64,000 nucleotides of DNA from Eledone cirrhosa (GCA_964016885.1 OZ024764.1:6076001-6140000); one strand, 5' to 3'; counted from the first letter of the stretch, positions 17,530 through 32,798 are shown. Notes: generated from the sequence alone by a model not told the origin. Translations and numbers: made by a program.

Positions 17530-20500
17530 CATATATATAGTGTAGTATATAAAGTGTATATATATAGTATGTAAAGTGTATATATAGTGTGTAAAGTGTA
17601 TATATAGTGTGTAAAGTGTATATATAGTATGTAAAGTATATATATAGTGTGTAAAGTATATATATAGTGTGTAAAGTGTATATATAGTATGTAAAGTGTA
17701 TATATAGTGTGTAAAGTGTATATATAGTGTGTAAAGTGTATATATATAGTATGTAAAGTGTATATATAGTCTGTAAAGTGTATATATAGTGTGTAAAGTG
17801 TATATATAGTATGTAAAGTATATATATAGTGTGTAAAGTATATATATAGTGTGTAAAGTGTATATATAGTATGTAAAGTGTATATATAGTGTGTAAAGTG
17901 TATATATAGTGTGTAAAGTGTATATATAGTGTGTAAAGTGTATATATAGTATATAAAGTGTATATATAGTGTGTAAAGTGTATATATAGTGTGTAAAGTG
18001 TGTATATATAGTATGTAAAGTGTATATATAGTATGTAAAGTGTGTATATATAGTATGTAAAGTGTATATATAGTGTGTATATATAGTATGTAAAGTGTAT
18101 ATATAGTATGTAAAGTGTATATATAGTGTGTAAAGTGTATATATAGTATGTAAAGTGTATATATAGTGTGTAAAGTGTATATATAGTATGTAAAGTGTAT
18201 ATATAGTATGTAAAGTGTATATATAGTATGTAAAGTGTATATATAGTGTGTAAAGTGTATATATAGTATGTAAAGTGTATATATAGTGTGTAAAGTGTGT
18301 ATATATAGTATATAAAGTGTATATATAGTATGTAAAGTGTATATATAGTATATAAAGTGTATATATAGTATGTAAAGTGTATATATAGTATGTAAAGTGT
18401 ATATATAGTATATAAAGTGTATATATAGTATGTAAAGTGTATATATAGTATGTAAAGTGTATATATAGTGTGTAAAGTGTGTATATATAGTATATAAAGT
18501 GTATATATAGTATGTAAAGTGTATATATAGTATGTAAAGTGTATATATAGTCTGTAAAGTGTATATATAGTATGTAAAGTGTATATATAGTATGTAAAGT
18601 ATGTATATGTAGTATGTAAAGTGTATATATAGTACTTAAAGTGCGTATATATAGTATATAAAGTGTATATATAGTATATAAAGTGTATATATAGTGTGTA
18701 AAGTGTATATATAGTGTGTAAAGTGTATATATAGTATGTAAAGTATATATATAGTATATAAAGTGTATATATAGTATGTAAAGTATATATATAGTATGTA
18801 AAGTGTATATATAGTATGTAAAGTATATATATAGTATATAAAGTGTATATATAGTATATAAAGTGTATATATAGTATATAAAGTGTATATATAGTGTGTA
18901 AAGTATATATATAGTGTGTAAAGTATATATAGTGTGTAAAGTGTATATATAGTGTGTAAAGTGTATATATAGTATGTAAAGTATATATATAGTATATAAA
19001 GTATATATATAGTATATAAAGTGTATATATAGTATGTAAAGTGTATATATAGTATATAAAGTGTATATATATGTGTGTAAAGTGTATATATAGTGTGTAA
19101 AGTGTATATATAGTATGTAAAGTATATATATAGTATATAAAGTGTATATATAGTATGTAAAGTATATATATAGTATGTAAAGTGTATATATAGTATGTAA
19201 AGTGTATATATAGTATATAAAGTATATATATAGTATGTAAAGTATATATATAGTATGTAAAGTGTATATATAGTATGTAAAGTGTATATATAGTACTTAA
19301 AGTGCGTATATATAGTATATAAAGTGTATATATAGTGTGTAAAGTATATATATAGTATGTAAAGTATATATATAGTATGTAAAGTATATATATAGTATGT
19401 AAAGTATATATATAGTATGTAAAGTATATATATAGTATATAAAGTGTATATATAGTGTGTAAAGTGTATATATAGTGTGTAAAGTGTATATATAGTATGT
19501 AAAGTGTATATATAGTATATAAAGTGTATATATAGTATGTAAAGTGTATATATATAGCATATAAAGTGTATATATAGTGTGTAAAGTATATATATAGTGT
19601 GTAAAGTATATATATAGTATGTAAAGTATATATATAGTATATAAAGTGTATATATAGTATATAAAGTGTATATATAATATATAAAGTGTATATATAGTGT
19701 GTAAAGTGTATATATAGTATATAAAGTGTATATATAGTGTGTAAAGTATATATATAGTATGTAAAGTATATATATAGTATATAAAGTATATATATAGTAT
19801 GTAAAGTAATATATATAGTATATAAAGTGTATATATAGTATATAAAGTGTATATATAGTATATAAAGTGTATATATAGTGTGTAAAGTATATATATAGTA
19901 TGTAAAGTAAATATATAGTATATAAAGTGTATATATAGTGTGTAAAGTGTATATATAGTGTGTAAAGTGTATATATAGTGTGTAAAGTGTATATATAGTA
20001 TATAAGTGTATATATAGTATATTTAAAGTGTATATATAGTATTTAAAGTGTATATATAATATATAAAGTGTATATATAGTATGTAAAGTATATATATAGT
20101 ATATAAAGTGTATATATAGTGTGTAAAGGGTATATATAGTGTGTAAAGTATATATATAGTATGTAAAGTAATATATATAGTATATAAAGTGTATATATAG
20201 TATATAAAGTGTATATATAGTGTGTAAAGTGTGTATATATAGTATGTAAAGTATATATATAGTATGTAAAGTGTATATATAGTATATAAAGTATATATAT
20301 AGTATATAAAGTGTATATAATATGTAAAGTATATATATATAGCATGTAAAGTGTATATAAGATGTATATATAGTATATATAGTATATAAAGTGTATATAT
20401 AGTATGTAAAGTGTATATATAGTATGTAAAGTGTATATATAGTATATAAAGTGTATATATAGTATATAAAGTGTATATATAGTGTGTAAAGTGTATATAT

Positions 20501-21958
20501 AGTGTGTAAAGTGGATATATAGTATGTAAAGTGTATAAGTGTATATATAGTATGTAAAGTATATATATAGTATATAAAGTGTATATATAGTGTGTAAGGT
20601 GTATATATAGTATATAAAGTGTATATATAGTATATAAAGTGTATATATAGTATGTAAAGTATATATATAGTATATAAAGTGTATATATAGTATATAAAGT
20701 GTATATATAGTATATAAAGTGTATATATAGTGTGTAAAGTATATATATAGTATATAAAGTATATATATAGTATATAAAGTATATATAGTATGTAAAGTAT
20801 ATATATAGTATATAAAGTGTATATATAGTGTGTAAAGTGTATATATAGTGTGTAAAGTATATATATAGTATATAAAGTGTATATATAGTATATAAAGTGT
20901 ATATATAGTGTGTAAAGTGTATATATAGTATGTAAAGTATATATATAGTATATAAAGTGTATATATAGTATATAAAGTGTATATATAGTATATAAAGTGT
21001 ATATATAGTGTGTAAAGTATATATATAGTATATAAAGTGTATATATAGTATATAAAGTGTATATATAGTGTGTAAAGTGTATATATAGTGTGTAAAGTAT
21101 ATATATAGTGTGTAAAGTATATATATAGTATATAAAGTGTATATATAGTGTGTAAAGTATATATATAGTGTGTAAAGTATATATATAGTATGTAAAGTGT
21201 ATATATAGTATATAAAGTGTATATATAGTGTGTAAAGTGTATATATAGTATGTAAAGTGTATATATAGTATATAAAGTATATATATAGTATATAAAGTGT
21301 ATATATAGTATATAAAGTGTATATATAGTGTGTAAAGTATATATATAGTGTGTAAAGTATATATATAGTATGTAAAGTGTATATATAGTATATAAAGTGT
21401 ATATATAGTGTGTAAAGTATATATATAGTATATAAAGTATATATATAGTGTGTAAAGTATATATATAGTATATAAAGTATATATATAGTATATAAAGTAT
21501 ATATATAGTATATAAAGTGTATATATAGTGTGTAAAGTGTATATATAGTATGTAAAGTGTATATATAGTATGTAAAGCGTATATATATAGTATATATATA
21601 GTGTGTAAAGTGTATATATAGTATGTAAAGTGTATATATAGTATATAAAGTGTATATATAGTGTGTAAAGTGTATATATAGTATGTAAAGTATATATATA
21701 GTATATAAAGTGTATATATAGTATATAAAGTATATATATAGTATGTAAAGTGTATATATAGTGTGTAAAGTGTATATATAGTATATAAAGTGTATATATA
21801 GTGTGTAAAGTGTATATATAGTATATAAAGTGTATATATAGTATATAAAGTGAATATATAGTATATAAAGTGTATATATAGTGTGTAAAGTGTATATATA
21901 GTATATAAAGTGTATATATAGTCTGTAAAGTGTATATATAGTGTGTAAAGTATATATA
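17530..21958. repeat. 20-bp satellite, ~220 copies
   Basis: Unit ATATATAGTRTRTAAAGTRT. Confidence 0.95.
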
Positions 21959-22169
21959 TGTCAGCTATTGCCTTCCCATTGGACAATGTGATGACGGGAG
22001 GGGAGACTGGTCTTCCACAAAAACACCTTACCTGGTCTACATGCAAAACCCTTGGTCATTTGTGACAAAACAGGGGTCTTTATTCATATATCATCATCAT
22101 TTAATGTCCCCTTTCCCTGCTAGCAAGGGTTGATATAGACGACACCCTTGGCTTTCTAAACACAAGATG

Positions 22170-22890
22170 TGACTGACTAAATCCCTTCCAGGCTGTGCCC
22201 CAGTATGGCCACATTCTAATGACTAAAACCTATAAAAATGTACTGGGATCGATATGATTGATCCCTTCAAGACAATGCCCCAACTTGGCCAGATGACTGA
22301 AACCAATAAAAGTGTACTGGGGTTGATATAACTAACTAAACCCCTTCAAGGTGGTGCCCCAGTATGGCCGCATTCTAATGACAGACCTACAAAAGTGTAC
22401 TAGGGTTTATATAACTAACTAAATCCCTTCAAGGCGGTGCCCCAGTATGGCCGCATTCTAATGACAGACCTACAAAAGTGTACTAGGGTTTATATAACTA
22501 ACTAAACCCCTTCAAGGCGGTGCCCCAGCATGGCCGCATTCTAATGACAGACCAACAAAAGTGTACTAGGGTTTATATAACTAACTAAGTCCCTTCAAGG
22601 CGGTGCCCCAGTATGGCCGCATTCTAATGACAGACCTACAAAAGTGTACTGGGGTTTATATAACTAACTAAACCCCTTCAAGGTGGTGCCCCAGTATGGC
22701 CGCATTCTAATGACAGACCAACAAAAGTGTACTAGGGTTTATATAACTAACTAAATCCCTTCAAGGCGGTGCCCCAGTATGGCCGCATTCTAATGACAGA
22801 CCAACAAAAGTGTACTAGGGTTTATATAACTAACTAAACCCCTTTAAGGTGGTGCCCCAGCTTGGCCAGACTCTGGTGACTGAAACCACT
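22170..22890 (-). repeat. 83-bp tandem array (~8 copies) of repeat family E
   Basis: CCCTTCAAGGYGGTGCCCCAGTATGGCCGCATTCTAATGAC recurs every 83 bp; reverse complement of the motif in the arrays at 26776 and 62737. Confidence 0.85.
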
Positions 22891-23140
22891 AAAAAAGGGG
22901 GTTATGAATATTCCCTATGTGTTATTAGGAGTTTGGGGCTGTTTACAACACAAGCTCACAAAAATCAATTATTCTAATGTTTGTTCGATGTAATAATTAA
23001 CTAATTATTAGCTAACAATTAATTAATTATTGGTAATTACTAATGAATTATTTGTTAATTCATGATTAAAATATTTGCAGTTTGAATTGTTGTGTTGCCA
23101 GAAGGTTAGGCAAGAGATAGAATTGAATGTTGAGTGTTGT

Positions 23141-23390
23141 TTAACCCTTTTTAAACCAGCTGTAACTGGCCAGAATTCTCTCACCCCTTCCTGTTCAAAC
23201 CAGCTGTAACCTGGTTGTATCCGGCCAGAATTCTCTCCCCTCCTTCTGTAAGCTGCCCCTCATTTCAACGTTAAGGTATTCTTCTCAAAATAAATATGAA
23301 AATCTCATAGATTCGATATTATGTGAGGTAAAGCCTTTACCGTGATAATATAATAGTATATATAGAGTAATGTAAATACTAAAGGGTTAA
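23141..23390. mobile_element. piggyBac-type MITE
   Basis: TTAA|CCCTTT...AAAGGG|TTAA; partial relatives at 23640-23827 and 58068-58218. Confidence 0.7.
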
Positions 23391-23409
23391 GCCTTTCTAA
23401 ATAATATAA

Positions 23410-23615
23410 TAATAATAATAATGAAATTATTGTGTACAGTGCTCAGGTGCACTACAACTCATCAAAGGTGCATGTATAGTACATAGAATAATGTACAAAT
23501 GTCAGGAAAATAAACAGTGTATGAGTCATGATATAATAACAATAACAATAATGAAATATTGTGTACAGTGCCCAGGTGCACCACAACTCATCAAAAAAGT
23601 GCATGTACAGTACAT
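23410..23615 (-). mobile_element. LINE-like 3' end with (ATT)n tail, doubled (also 34340-34540 + and 6690-6870 -)
   Basis: Shared TGCACCTTTGATGAGTTGTAGTGCACCTGAGCACTGTACACAATAATTTC(ATT)n. Confidence 0.6.
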
Positions 23616-23867
23616 GTCATCATAGACAGAAACATTGTGGATGGCCAGAATTTTCTTACCTCTTTTTGTTAACCAGCCACTCATACTCATGTTAAGGTAT
23701 TGTTCTCAAAATAAATAATATCAAAATCTCATAGATTCGATATTATGTCTGATAATTATGTAAGATAAAGTCTTTGCCACAAAAATACAATAGTAAATAT
23801 AGTGTAATGTAAATGGTAATGGGTTAACCCCAGGTCATCCCTGGTTTTGACAAACCTATAATCGATT

Positions 23868-24215
23868 CTTTTGGAAGAAGAGTCAGGGTGGAGAGAGAGG
23901 TGCTGTACCCCAGCAAGTTTTATGAAAGGTGGGTGACAGTGGCAAGAATGGCTCGAGTGAATGGGCCTTCTCTATATATCAGCCAGTAGGTTGAGGAAAG
24001 AGAGGAAAGGGGTACAAACTCTTCGTACTCCTGGAGATGAGGGTTGCACATTTTTTGGGGGGTATGTGTTACCCATATGAAATGTCTCACCCTATTGGGG
24101 AAAATCGATTAATTTTTGAATTGCATATGTGATAGTATTTTACACGTTTTTTATATATGTAAACTTCCCCCTTTGTATTTGTCCCCTTCTTTTGTTCCCC
24201 TGTGGCTAATAAATA
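23868..24215 (+). mobile_element. L1/Tx1-like LINE 3' end (ORF2 C-terminus + 3'UTR)
   Basis: RRVRVEREVLYPSKFYERWVTVARMARVNGPSLYIS*, UTR ending CCCCTGTGGCTAATAAA; paralog at 43800-44160. Confidence 0.65.
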
Positions 24216-24227
24216 AACATAGCTATG

Positions 24228-26261
24228 GTGAACGAGGTTATATGGTGGACGAGATTGAGAGGACTGAGGACAGATGCCTTTCTCTCCGGACAACAACTCA
24301 TTCCCTTCTTTAGGTACCACTTTAGAAGGAGAATCAGGGTGGAGAGAGAGGCACTGCACCCCAGTAAATTTACTGAAAGGTGTTATATGGTGGACGAGAT
24401 TGAGAGGACTGAGGACAGATGCCTTTCTCTCCAGACAACAACTCACTCCCTTCTTTAGGTACCACTTTAGAAGGAGAATCAGGGTGGAGAGAGAGGCACT
24501 GCACCCCAGTAAATTTACTGAAAGGTGTTATATGGTGGACGAGATTGAGAGGACTGAGGACAGATGCCTTTCTCTCCGGACAACAACTCATTCCCTTCTT
24601 TAGGTACCACTTTAGAAGGAGAATCAGAGTGGAGAGAGAAGCACTGCACCCCAGTAAATTTACTGAAAGAGGTTATATGGTGGACGAGATTGAGAGGACT
24701 GAGGACAGATGCCTTTCTCTCCGGACAACAACTCATTCCCTTCTTTAGGTACCACTTTAGAAGGAGAATCAGAGTGGAGAGAGAAGCACTGCACCCCAGT
24801 AAATTTACTGAAAGAGGTTATATGGTGGACGAGATTGAGAGGACTGAGGACAGATGCCTTTCTCTCCGGACAACAACTCATTCCCTTCTTTAGGTACCAC
24901 TTTAGAAGGAGAATCAGAGTGGAGAGAGAGGCACTGCACCCCAGTAAATTTACTGAAAGAGGTTATATGGTGGACGAGATTGAGAGGACTGAGGACAGAT
25001 GCCTTTCTCTCTGGACAACAACTCATTCCCTTCTTTAGGGACCACTTTAGAAGGAGAATCAGAGTGGAGAGAGAGGCACTGCACCCCAGTAAATTTACTG
25101 AAAGAGGTTATATGGTGGACGAGATTGAGAGGACTGAGGACAGATGCCTTTCTCTCTGGACAACAACTTATTCCCTTCTTTAGGGACCACTTTAGAAGGA
25201 GAATCAGAGTGGAGAGAGAGGCACTGCACCCCAGTAAATTTACTGAAAGAGGTTATATGGTGGACGAGATTGAGAGGACTGAGGACAGATGCCTTTCTCT
25301 CTGGACAACAACTCATTCCCTTCTTTAGGGACCACTTTAGAAGGAGAATCAGAGTGGAGAGAGAGGCACTGCACCCCAGTAAATTTACTGAAAGAGGTTA
25401 TATGGTGGACGAGATTGAGAGGACTGAGGACAGATGCCTTTCTCTCTGGACAACAACTTATTCCCTTCTTTAGGGACCACTTTAGAAGGAGAATCAGAGT
25501 GGAGAGAGAGGCACTGCACCCCAGTAAATTTACTGAAAGAGGTTATATGGTGGACGAGATTGAGAGGACTGAGGACAGATGCCTTTCTCTCTGGACAACA
25601 ACTCATTCCCTTCTTTAGGGACCACTTTAGAAGGAGAATCAGAGTGGAGAGAGAGGCACTGCACCCCAGTAAATTTACTGAAAGAGGTTATATGGTGGAC
25701 GAGATTGAGAGGACTGAGGACAGATGCCTTTCTCTCTGGACAACAACTCATTCCCTTCTTTAGGGACCACTTTAGAAGGAGAATCAGAGTGGAGAGAGAG
25801 GCACTGCACCCCAGTAAATTTACTGAAAGAGGTTATATGGTGGACGAGATTGAGAGGACTGAGGACAGATGCCTTTCTCTCTGGACAACAACTCATTCCC
25901 TTCTTTAGGGACCACTTTAGAAGGAGAATCAGAGTGGAGAGAGAGGCACTGCACCCCAGTAAATTTACTGAAAGAGGTTATATGGTGGACGAGATTGAGA
26001 GGACTGAGGACAGATGCCTTTCTCTCTGGACAACAACTCATTCCCTTCTTTAGGGACCACTTTAGAAGGAGAATCAGAGTGGAGAGAGAGGCACTGCACC
26101 CCAGTAAATTTACTGAAAGAGGTTATATGGTGGACGAGATTGAGAGGACTGAGGACAGATGCCTTTCTCTCTGGACAACAACTCATTCCCTTCTTTAGGG
26201 ACCACTTTAGAAGGAGAATCAGAGTGGAGAGAGAGGCACTGCACCCCAGTAAATTTACTGA
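24228..26261 (+). repeat. 145-bp tandem array, 14 copies, from Tx1-like ORF2 C-terminal coding sequence
   Basis: Each unit encodes KEVIWWTRLRGLRTDAFLSGQQLIPFFRDHFRRRIRVEREALHPSKFTER, overlapping the peptide at 23868 and 43800. Confidence 0.9.
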
Positions 26262-26775
26262 GGCAAAGTCAACCTCGGCGGAATTTGAACTCAAACCCCC
26301 TGTAAAGGGGCGTAACTCTATGCTGTAAAGCATGGTGTCTGACGCTCTACTGATACTGCAATATCATTTATTGGCCACAGGGCCTGACATGTAGGGGTGA
26401 TGATTGTTATGATGGTGGTGGTGGTGAAAGGCAAAGTTAACCTCGGCGGGATTTGAAAGACCGTAAAGGGCCGCAACCCTGTGCTGCCAAGGATGGCGTC
26501 CGACGCTCTACCGATTCTGCCAATCCACCAATTGGCAGGAATGATAATACCAATCATTTCTGAATTAGGCACAAGGCCAGCAATTTCCGGTGAGGAGTAA
26601 ATTGATATGTCTTGTTGATGTAAGCTGGATCAATAATTCTGTATTGATTAACCAATCTATGTATTTATTGATCTATGTATATTGATTTAGTGACTTGTCT
26701 GAATTGATCTCGCTATCTGTTTGTATTGATTTATTGATTTATTCAGAATTGATGTGTCACCTCGTCCCACGACTC

Positions 26776-27360
26776 TTTTACTGGTTTCTCAGACTCTGGC
26801 CATGCTGGAGCACTGCTTTGTTTTACTGGTTTCACTCATTAGACTGTGGCCATGCTGGAGCACTACTTTGTTTTACTGGTTTCACTCAGACTGTGGCCAT
26901 GCTGGAGCACTACTTTGTTTTACTGGTTTCACTCATTAGACTGTGGCCATGCTGGAGCACTGCTTTGTTTTACTGGTTTTACTCAGACTGTGGCCATGCT
27001 GGAGCACTGCTTTGTTTTACTGGTTTCACTCTTTAGACTGTGGCCATGCTGGAGCACTGCTTTGTTTTACTGGTTTCACTCATTAGACTGTGGCCATGCT
27101 GGAGCACTACTTTGTTTTACTGGTTTCACTCATTAGACTGTGGCCATGCTGGAGCACTACTTTGTTTTACTGGTTTCACTCATTAGACTGTGGCCATGCT
27201 GGAGCACTACTTTGTTTTACTGGTTTTACTCAGACTGTGGCCATGCTGGAGCACTGCTTTGTTTTACTGGTTTCACTCTTTAGACTGTGGCCATGCTGGA
27301 GCACTGCTTTGTTTTACTGGTTTCACTCATTAGACTGTGGCCATGCTGGAGCATTGCCTT
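26776..27360 (+). repeat. 47/50-bp minisatellite (family E), ~12 copies
   Basis: TTTTACTGGTTTCACTCA(TTA)GACTGTGGCCATGCTGGAGCACTRCTTTG. Confidence 0.9.
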
Positions 27361-27872
27361 CTTATATATATTCTACTAAAACTCTGTGATTGCTTGCTTG
27401 TCTGTAATGTAATACAGCCAAAAGGGAGCATAATGGGAAAATACTTTGAAAGGAAGTTGCCCCTGAAATGGGAATACAAATGGGATAAAACATGTTTCAC
27501 GTAAATCAGAGCACGGGTTCCCGAGATATGGGGTTTTTCTGGGTACCTTTATAAATAACCAACAGCTCCATGATAACTAATCAGATCACTAGCGCCCTTA
27601 CCGTTGTTTCATTTCCGAAAATCCTTAGTGCGTGTGTATATATATATATATGTGTGTGTGTGTGTGCGTTGACTATATATGGGGAAAAATTGATTTGTAA
27701 AACAAGTTCGGTTATAGAACAAATTAAACTCATACTGCGAGGTATCACTGTGTGTATATATATATTTAGGGTTTAAAATATATATAACTATAAAAGGTTT
27801 TAGTATATACATAACCATAAATAGTATCCTTAATACTATATATATATATATATATATTTACCCATGTTTTAT

Positions 27873-27950
27873 ATTGCCTCGTCTGACGAACGAATGAAGA
27901 CGTTTCTTTCGTATTCGCCTCATTCGGGAAACCTCTGGTAATGAGGTAAT
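27873..27950 (+). ncRNA. Type I hammerhead ribozyme
   Basis: ATTGCCTCGT-CTGACGA(27883-27889)-A CGAATGA..TCATTCG G-GAAA(27928-27931)-CC TCT GG-TA-ATGAGGTAAT; 10-bp stem I with two G-U; GUA triplet. Confidence 0.8.
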
Positions 27951-28166
27951 TATATTGTATTGATTTTTATACATTATATATATATATATATATATATTTA
28001 ATACAATAACAGAGAAAGCTTTAAGCTAAACTCCGACTGGTAACCATCTCACTCAACAAACATTAGGTTATATGTTAATATAAGCCCTATTTAGTGTCTG
28101 GGGTGCTAACTATATGTATTTTGTGGAAAGCCAGTTGTATTATTTTATATGAGATATAATTAAAGT

Positions 28167-29037
<871 letters not shown>

Positions 29038-29038
29038 A

Positions 29039-29081
<43 letters not shown>

Positions 29082-29131
29082 TATATTATTCAAAATATTA
29101 ACAAATGAAGATATTCACATAATCAAAATAT

Positions 29132-29200
29132 ATGCTTTATTATATATATTTCGAAGGTACTGTGTTGTTTTTTTCAGTACGTCCTCGTCAGATAAAATAT
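29132..29200 (-). ncRNA. Minimal type I hammerhead (TATATA stem III family)
   Basis: Minus: ATATTTTAT-CTGACGA-GGA C GTACTG..CAGTAC C TTC-GAAA-TATATA-TA-ATAAAGCAT. Confidence 0.8.
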
Positions 29201-29396
29201 GATTTAATATATGACATACCTCTACGGTCTTGATATTTCAATTCCAGTATTGGCACATATATATATATATACAAACACACACACACATGCACGCACATAA
29301 TGCTGCAATGAGATAGAGCTGGTGCAAAAGCAACCAGCCCACCCTGTAAGATGGTAGTGCTGGTGCCATGACAAAAAGTACTCAGTCTACCCTTCA

Positions 29397-29952
29397 TTAA
29401 CCTTTTAGGCACCAACCCAGCTGAAACCAGCTCTGGTTCTCTGAAACAAAACTACCAAAATTAAACGGTTCCTCTTTAAATTTAAATCTTCCAACATAAT
29501 TTTATACAAGAACTATATGTTAAGTTACTATCCTAGTAATGAAACAATTAATAATTTTAATAAACAATTCTTCATTAATTAATTGACATAAAGAACCCAG
29601 CCAAAAACCAGCTCTGGTTCTATGAACTTAAACCACCCATTTTAAAAGGTTCTGATTTAAATTTAAATCTTCCAACATAATTTTATACAAGAACCATATG
29701 TTAAGTTACTATCCTAGTAACGAAACAATTAATAATTTTAATAAACAATTCTTCATTAATTAATTGACATAAAGAACCCAGCCAAAAACCAGCTCTGGTT
29801 CTACGAACTTAAACCACCCATTTTAAAGGTTCTGATTTAAATTTAAATCTTCCAACATAATTTTATAAATGAACCATATGTTAAGTTACTATCCTAGTAA
29901 GGAAATAATTAATATTAGTAAATCCCTCAAAATTCTTCATTAATTAATTGAA
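29397..29952. repeat. ~181-bp unit x3, starting at a TTAACC MITE-like end
   Basis: AACCCAGC..AAACCAGCTCTGGTTC at ~29414, 29594, 29775. Confidence 0.75.
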
Positions 29953-30199
29953 ATATCCTGTATTTAATTAGTGATAAGATGAGAGCTGGGGTACTGTTAA
30001 TGAACCTGTTGTAGGCCAATGTGGGTGTGTGGGAGAGCCACGGTACACTAAATACATGACTCAAATAACACCACACCACCTTACATGCCTGTCTAGAAAT
30101 CAATGAAGAGATATATTGATTATATCATAGAATTGATTAAATTAACTATGCCTCCCACTCCCCACTCTATCATGTGAAGCAACTAGGAATTATTATTGT

Positions 30200-30219
30200 T
30201 TGTAGTAGCAGTGGTGGTG

Positions 30220-30254
<35 letters not shown>

Positions 30255-30318
30255 GGTGGTGGTAGTAGGAGGAGTAGTGGTGGTGGTAGTAGTGGTAGTA
30301 GTAGTGGTGGTGGTGGTG

Positions 30319-30353
<35 letters not shown>

Positions 30354-30730
30354 GGTGGTGGTAGTAGGAGGAGTAGTGGTGGTGGTAGTAGTGGTAGTAG
30401 TAGTGGTGGTGGTGGTGGTAGTAGTAGGAGTGGTGGTGGTAGTGGTAGTAGTGGTGATAATGGTGGTGGTGGTGGTAGTTGGAGTGGTGGGGGTGGTGGT
30501 AGTGGTGGTGATGGTGGTAGTAGTAGGAGTGGTGGTAGCGGTGGTAGTAGTGGTGATAGCAGTAACAGTAGTGGTGGTGGTGGTGGTAGTAGTAGTAACA
30601 GCAGTAACAGTAGCAGCTGTGGTAGTAGTAGTAATAGTAATAGCAGCAGCAGTAGTAGTAGTACTGTAGTAGTAGTAGTAGTAGTAATAGGAGCAGCAGT
30701 AGTAATAGTTGTAGCAGTAATAGTAGTAGT
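30200..30730. repeat. (GGT/AGT)n trinucleotide repeat
   Basis: Direct inspection. Confidence 0.95.
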
Positions 30731-30913
30731 ACTGTCTCTGGGCCCACTGCCCTCCCAGAGAGTCCCACATTCTATCAAGTGCTTTTTATCATGACACCAG
30801 CACTAGAGAGTTTGTCATGTGTTTCACATAACTGAGGGGTCCCCCAACATTTTGGTTGGCAAGCTTTCTACAGCTGGATGTCCTCTCTAACACAAACCAC
30901 TTTACAGAGTGTA

Positions 30914-31870
30914 TCATCATCATCATCACCATGTTACATCCGTTCTTCCACGCTAGCATGGGTTAGACGGGTTGTCCTGTTGTGGGCAGTGTCCGGTCGG
31001 CTGACCTTGTCTTGCTCATACGGGAACTGATTATGGCTTGATTTCTACAGCTGGATGCCCTTCCTAACACCAACCTCATTTACAGTGTGTGCTGGGTGCT
31101 TTTTGTTGTGACACCATGACACTTTTTGTTGTGCCTACATGACCACTTTACAGTGTGGACTGGGTACTTTTTGTTGTGACACCTACATGACCACTTTACA
31201 GTGTGGACTGGGTACTTTTTGTTGTGACACCTACATGACCACTTTACAGTGTGGGCTGGGTACTTTTTGTTGTGACACCTACATGACCACTTTACAGTGT
31301 GGACTGGGTACTTTTTGTTGTGACACCTACATGACCACTTTACAGTGTGGGCTGGGTGCTTTTTGTTGTGACACCTACATGACCACTTTACAGTGTGGAC
31401 TGGGTGCTTTTTGTCGTGACACCTACATGACCACTTTACAGTGTGGACTGGGTGCTTTTTGTCGTGACACCTACATGACCACTTTACAGTGTGGACTGGG
31501 TACTTTTTGTTGTGACACCTACATGACCACTTTACAGTGTGGACTGGGTGCTTTTTGTCGTGACACCTACATGACCACTTTACAGTGTGGGCTGGGTACT
31601 TTTTGTCGTGACACCTACATGACCACTTTACAGTGTGGACTGGGTACTTTTTGTCGTGACACCTACATGACCACTTTACAGTGTGGACTGGGTGTTGTTG
31701 TTGTGACACCTACATGACCACTTTACAGTGTGGACTGAGTACTTTTTGTCGTGACACCTACATGACCACTTTACAGTGTGGACTGGGTGTTGTTGTTGTG
31801 ACACCTACATGACCACTTTACAGTGTGGACTGGGTACTTTTTGTTGTGACACCTACATGACCACTTTACA
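30914..31870 (-). repeat. SINE tail plus 48-bp minisatellite (~16 copies)
   Basis: Reverse complement of the 270-1841 unit from 31081, attached to an (ATC)n SINE tail. Confidence 0.9.
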
Positions 31871-32299
31871 GAGTAAGGGTGGTGTGGGTGTATGAAGCGG
31901 GGGGGGGTATATATAAATGTATACATATATATATATAAAGTAAGAAGTTTGTATCCAATCTTTTTCTTTTTAGTCTGTAGACATCAACTAGATAAATAAT
32001 CATTTAAATGGAGCTTTGAAGAAATAACAGATAAATATATATATATCATCAATTTAAGGCTCGGTTTCCTGTTAGCACAGGTGAGACAGGTCTACATAGA
32101 CTAAGTCAGTACTGACCTCCCAGCCAGGCCATGCGGGTCTGTGCTCCACTTATGTACCATCTTATCAAATTCAGAGGAGTTGTGTCTTTTGATACAAACT
32201 GAAGAGTCTTCCTAACCCTTTGTTTGGTCAGCTTTCTACAGCTGGATGTCCTTTCTAACACGAACCACTTTACAGAGTGTACTGGGTGCATTTATAGTG

Positions 32300-32746
32300 A
32301 AGGCTTAGTGGTTAGAGCATTGGGCTTGCAATCGAAAGGTTGTGAGTTCAATTCTCAGACCGGGTGATGTGTTGTTTCCTTGAGCAAGACACTTTATTTC
32401 ACATTGCTCCAGTTTACTCAGCTGTAGAAATGAGATGATAGGGACTGGGGTCCCTATCATTCCACTGCAAAGTGGTCGTGGAGGTGCCACGGCAAAAAAG
32501 CACCCAGCACTCACTGTAAATGAGGTTGGTGTTAGGAAGGGCATCCAGCTGTAGAAATCAAGCCAGTATCAGTTCCCGTATGAGCAAGACAAGGTCAGCT
32601 GACTGGACACTGCCCACAGCAAGACCTACAGATAGTCCTATATGTGCGAGACACGGTCACCCGACCAGCCTTGCCTCAAGTGGGACAACTCCCGTCTAAG
32701 CCATGATAGCGGGGAAAATCGACGTTAAACGAAGATGATGATGATG

Positions 32747-32752
<6 letters not shown>
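32300..32752 (+). mobile_element. SINE family A
   Basis: GGCTTAGTGGTTAGAGC..GAGTTCAATTC..(GAT)n. Confidence 0.9.

Positions 32753-32798
<46 letters not shown>

Noticed and set aside
24400-24450. CTGAGGA-CAGA..TCYR-GACA in the 145-bp unit as a tandem hammerhead (retrozyme)
   Set aside because: No GAAA and no stem III; the sequence is explained as LINE coding (GLRTDAFLSGQ)
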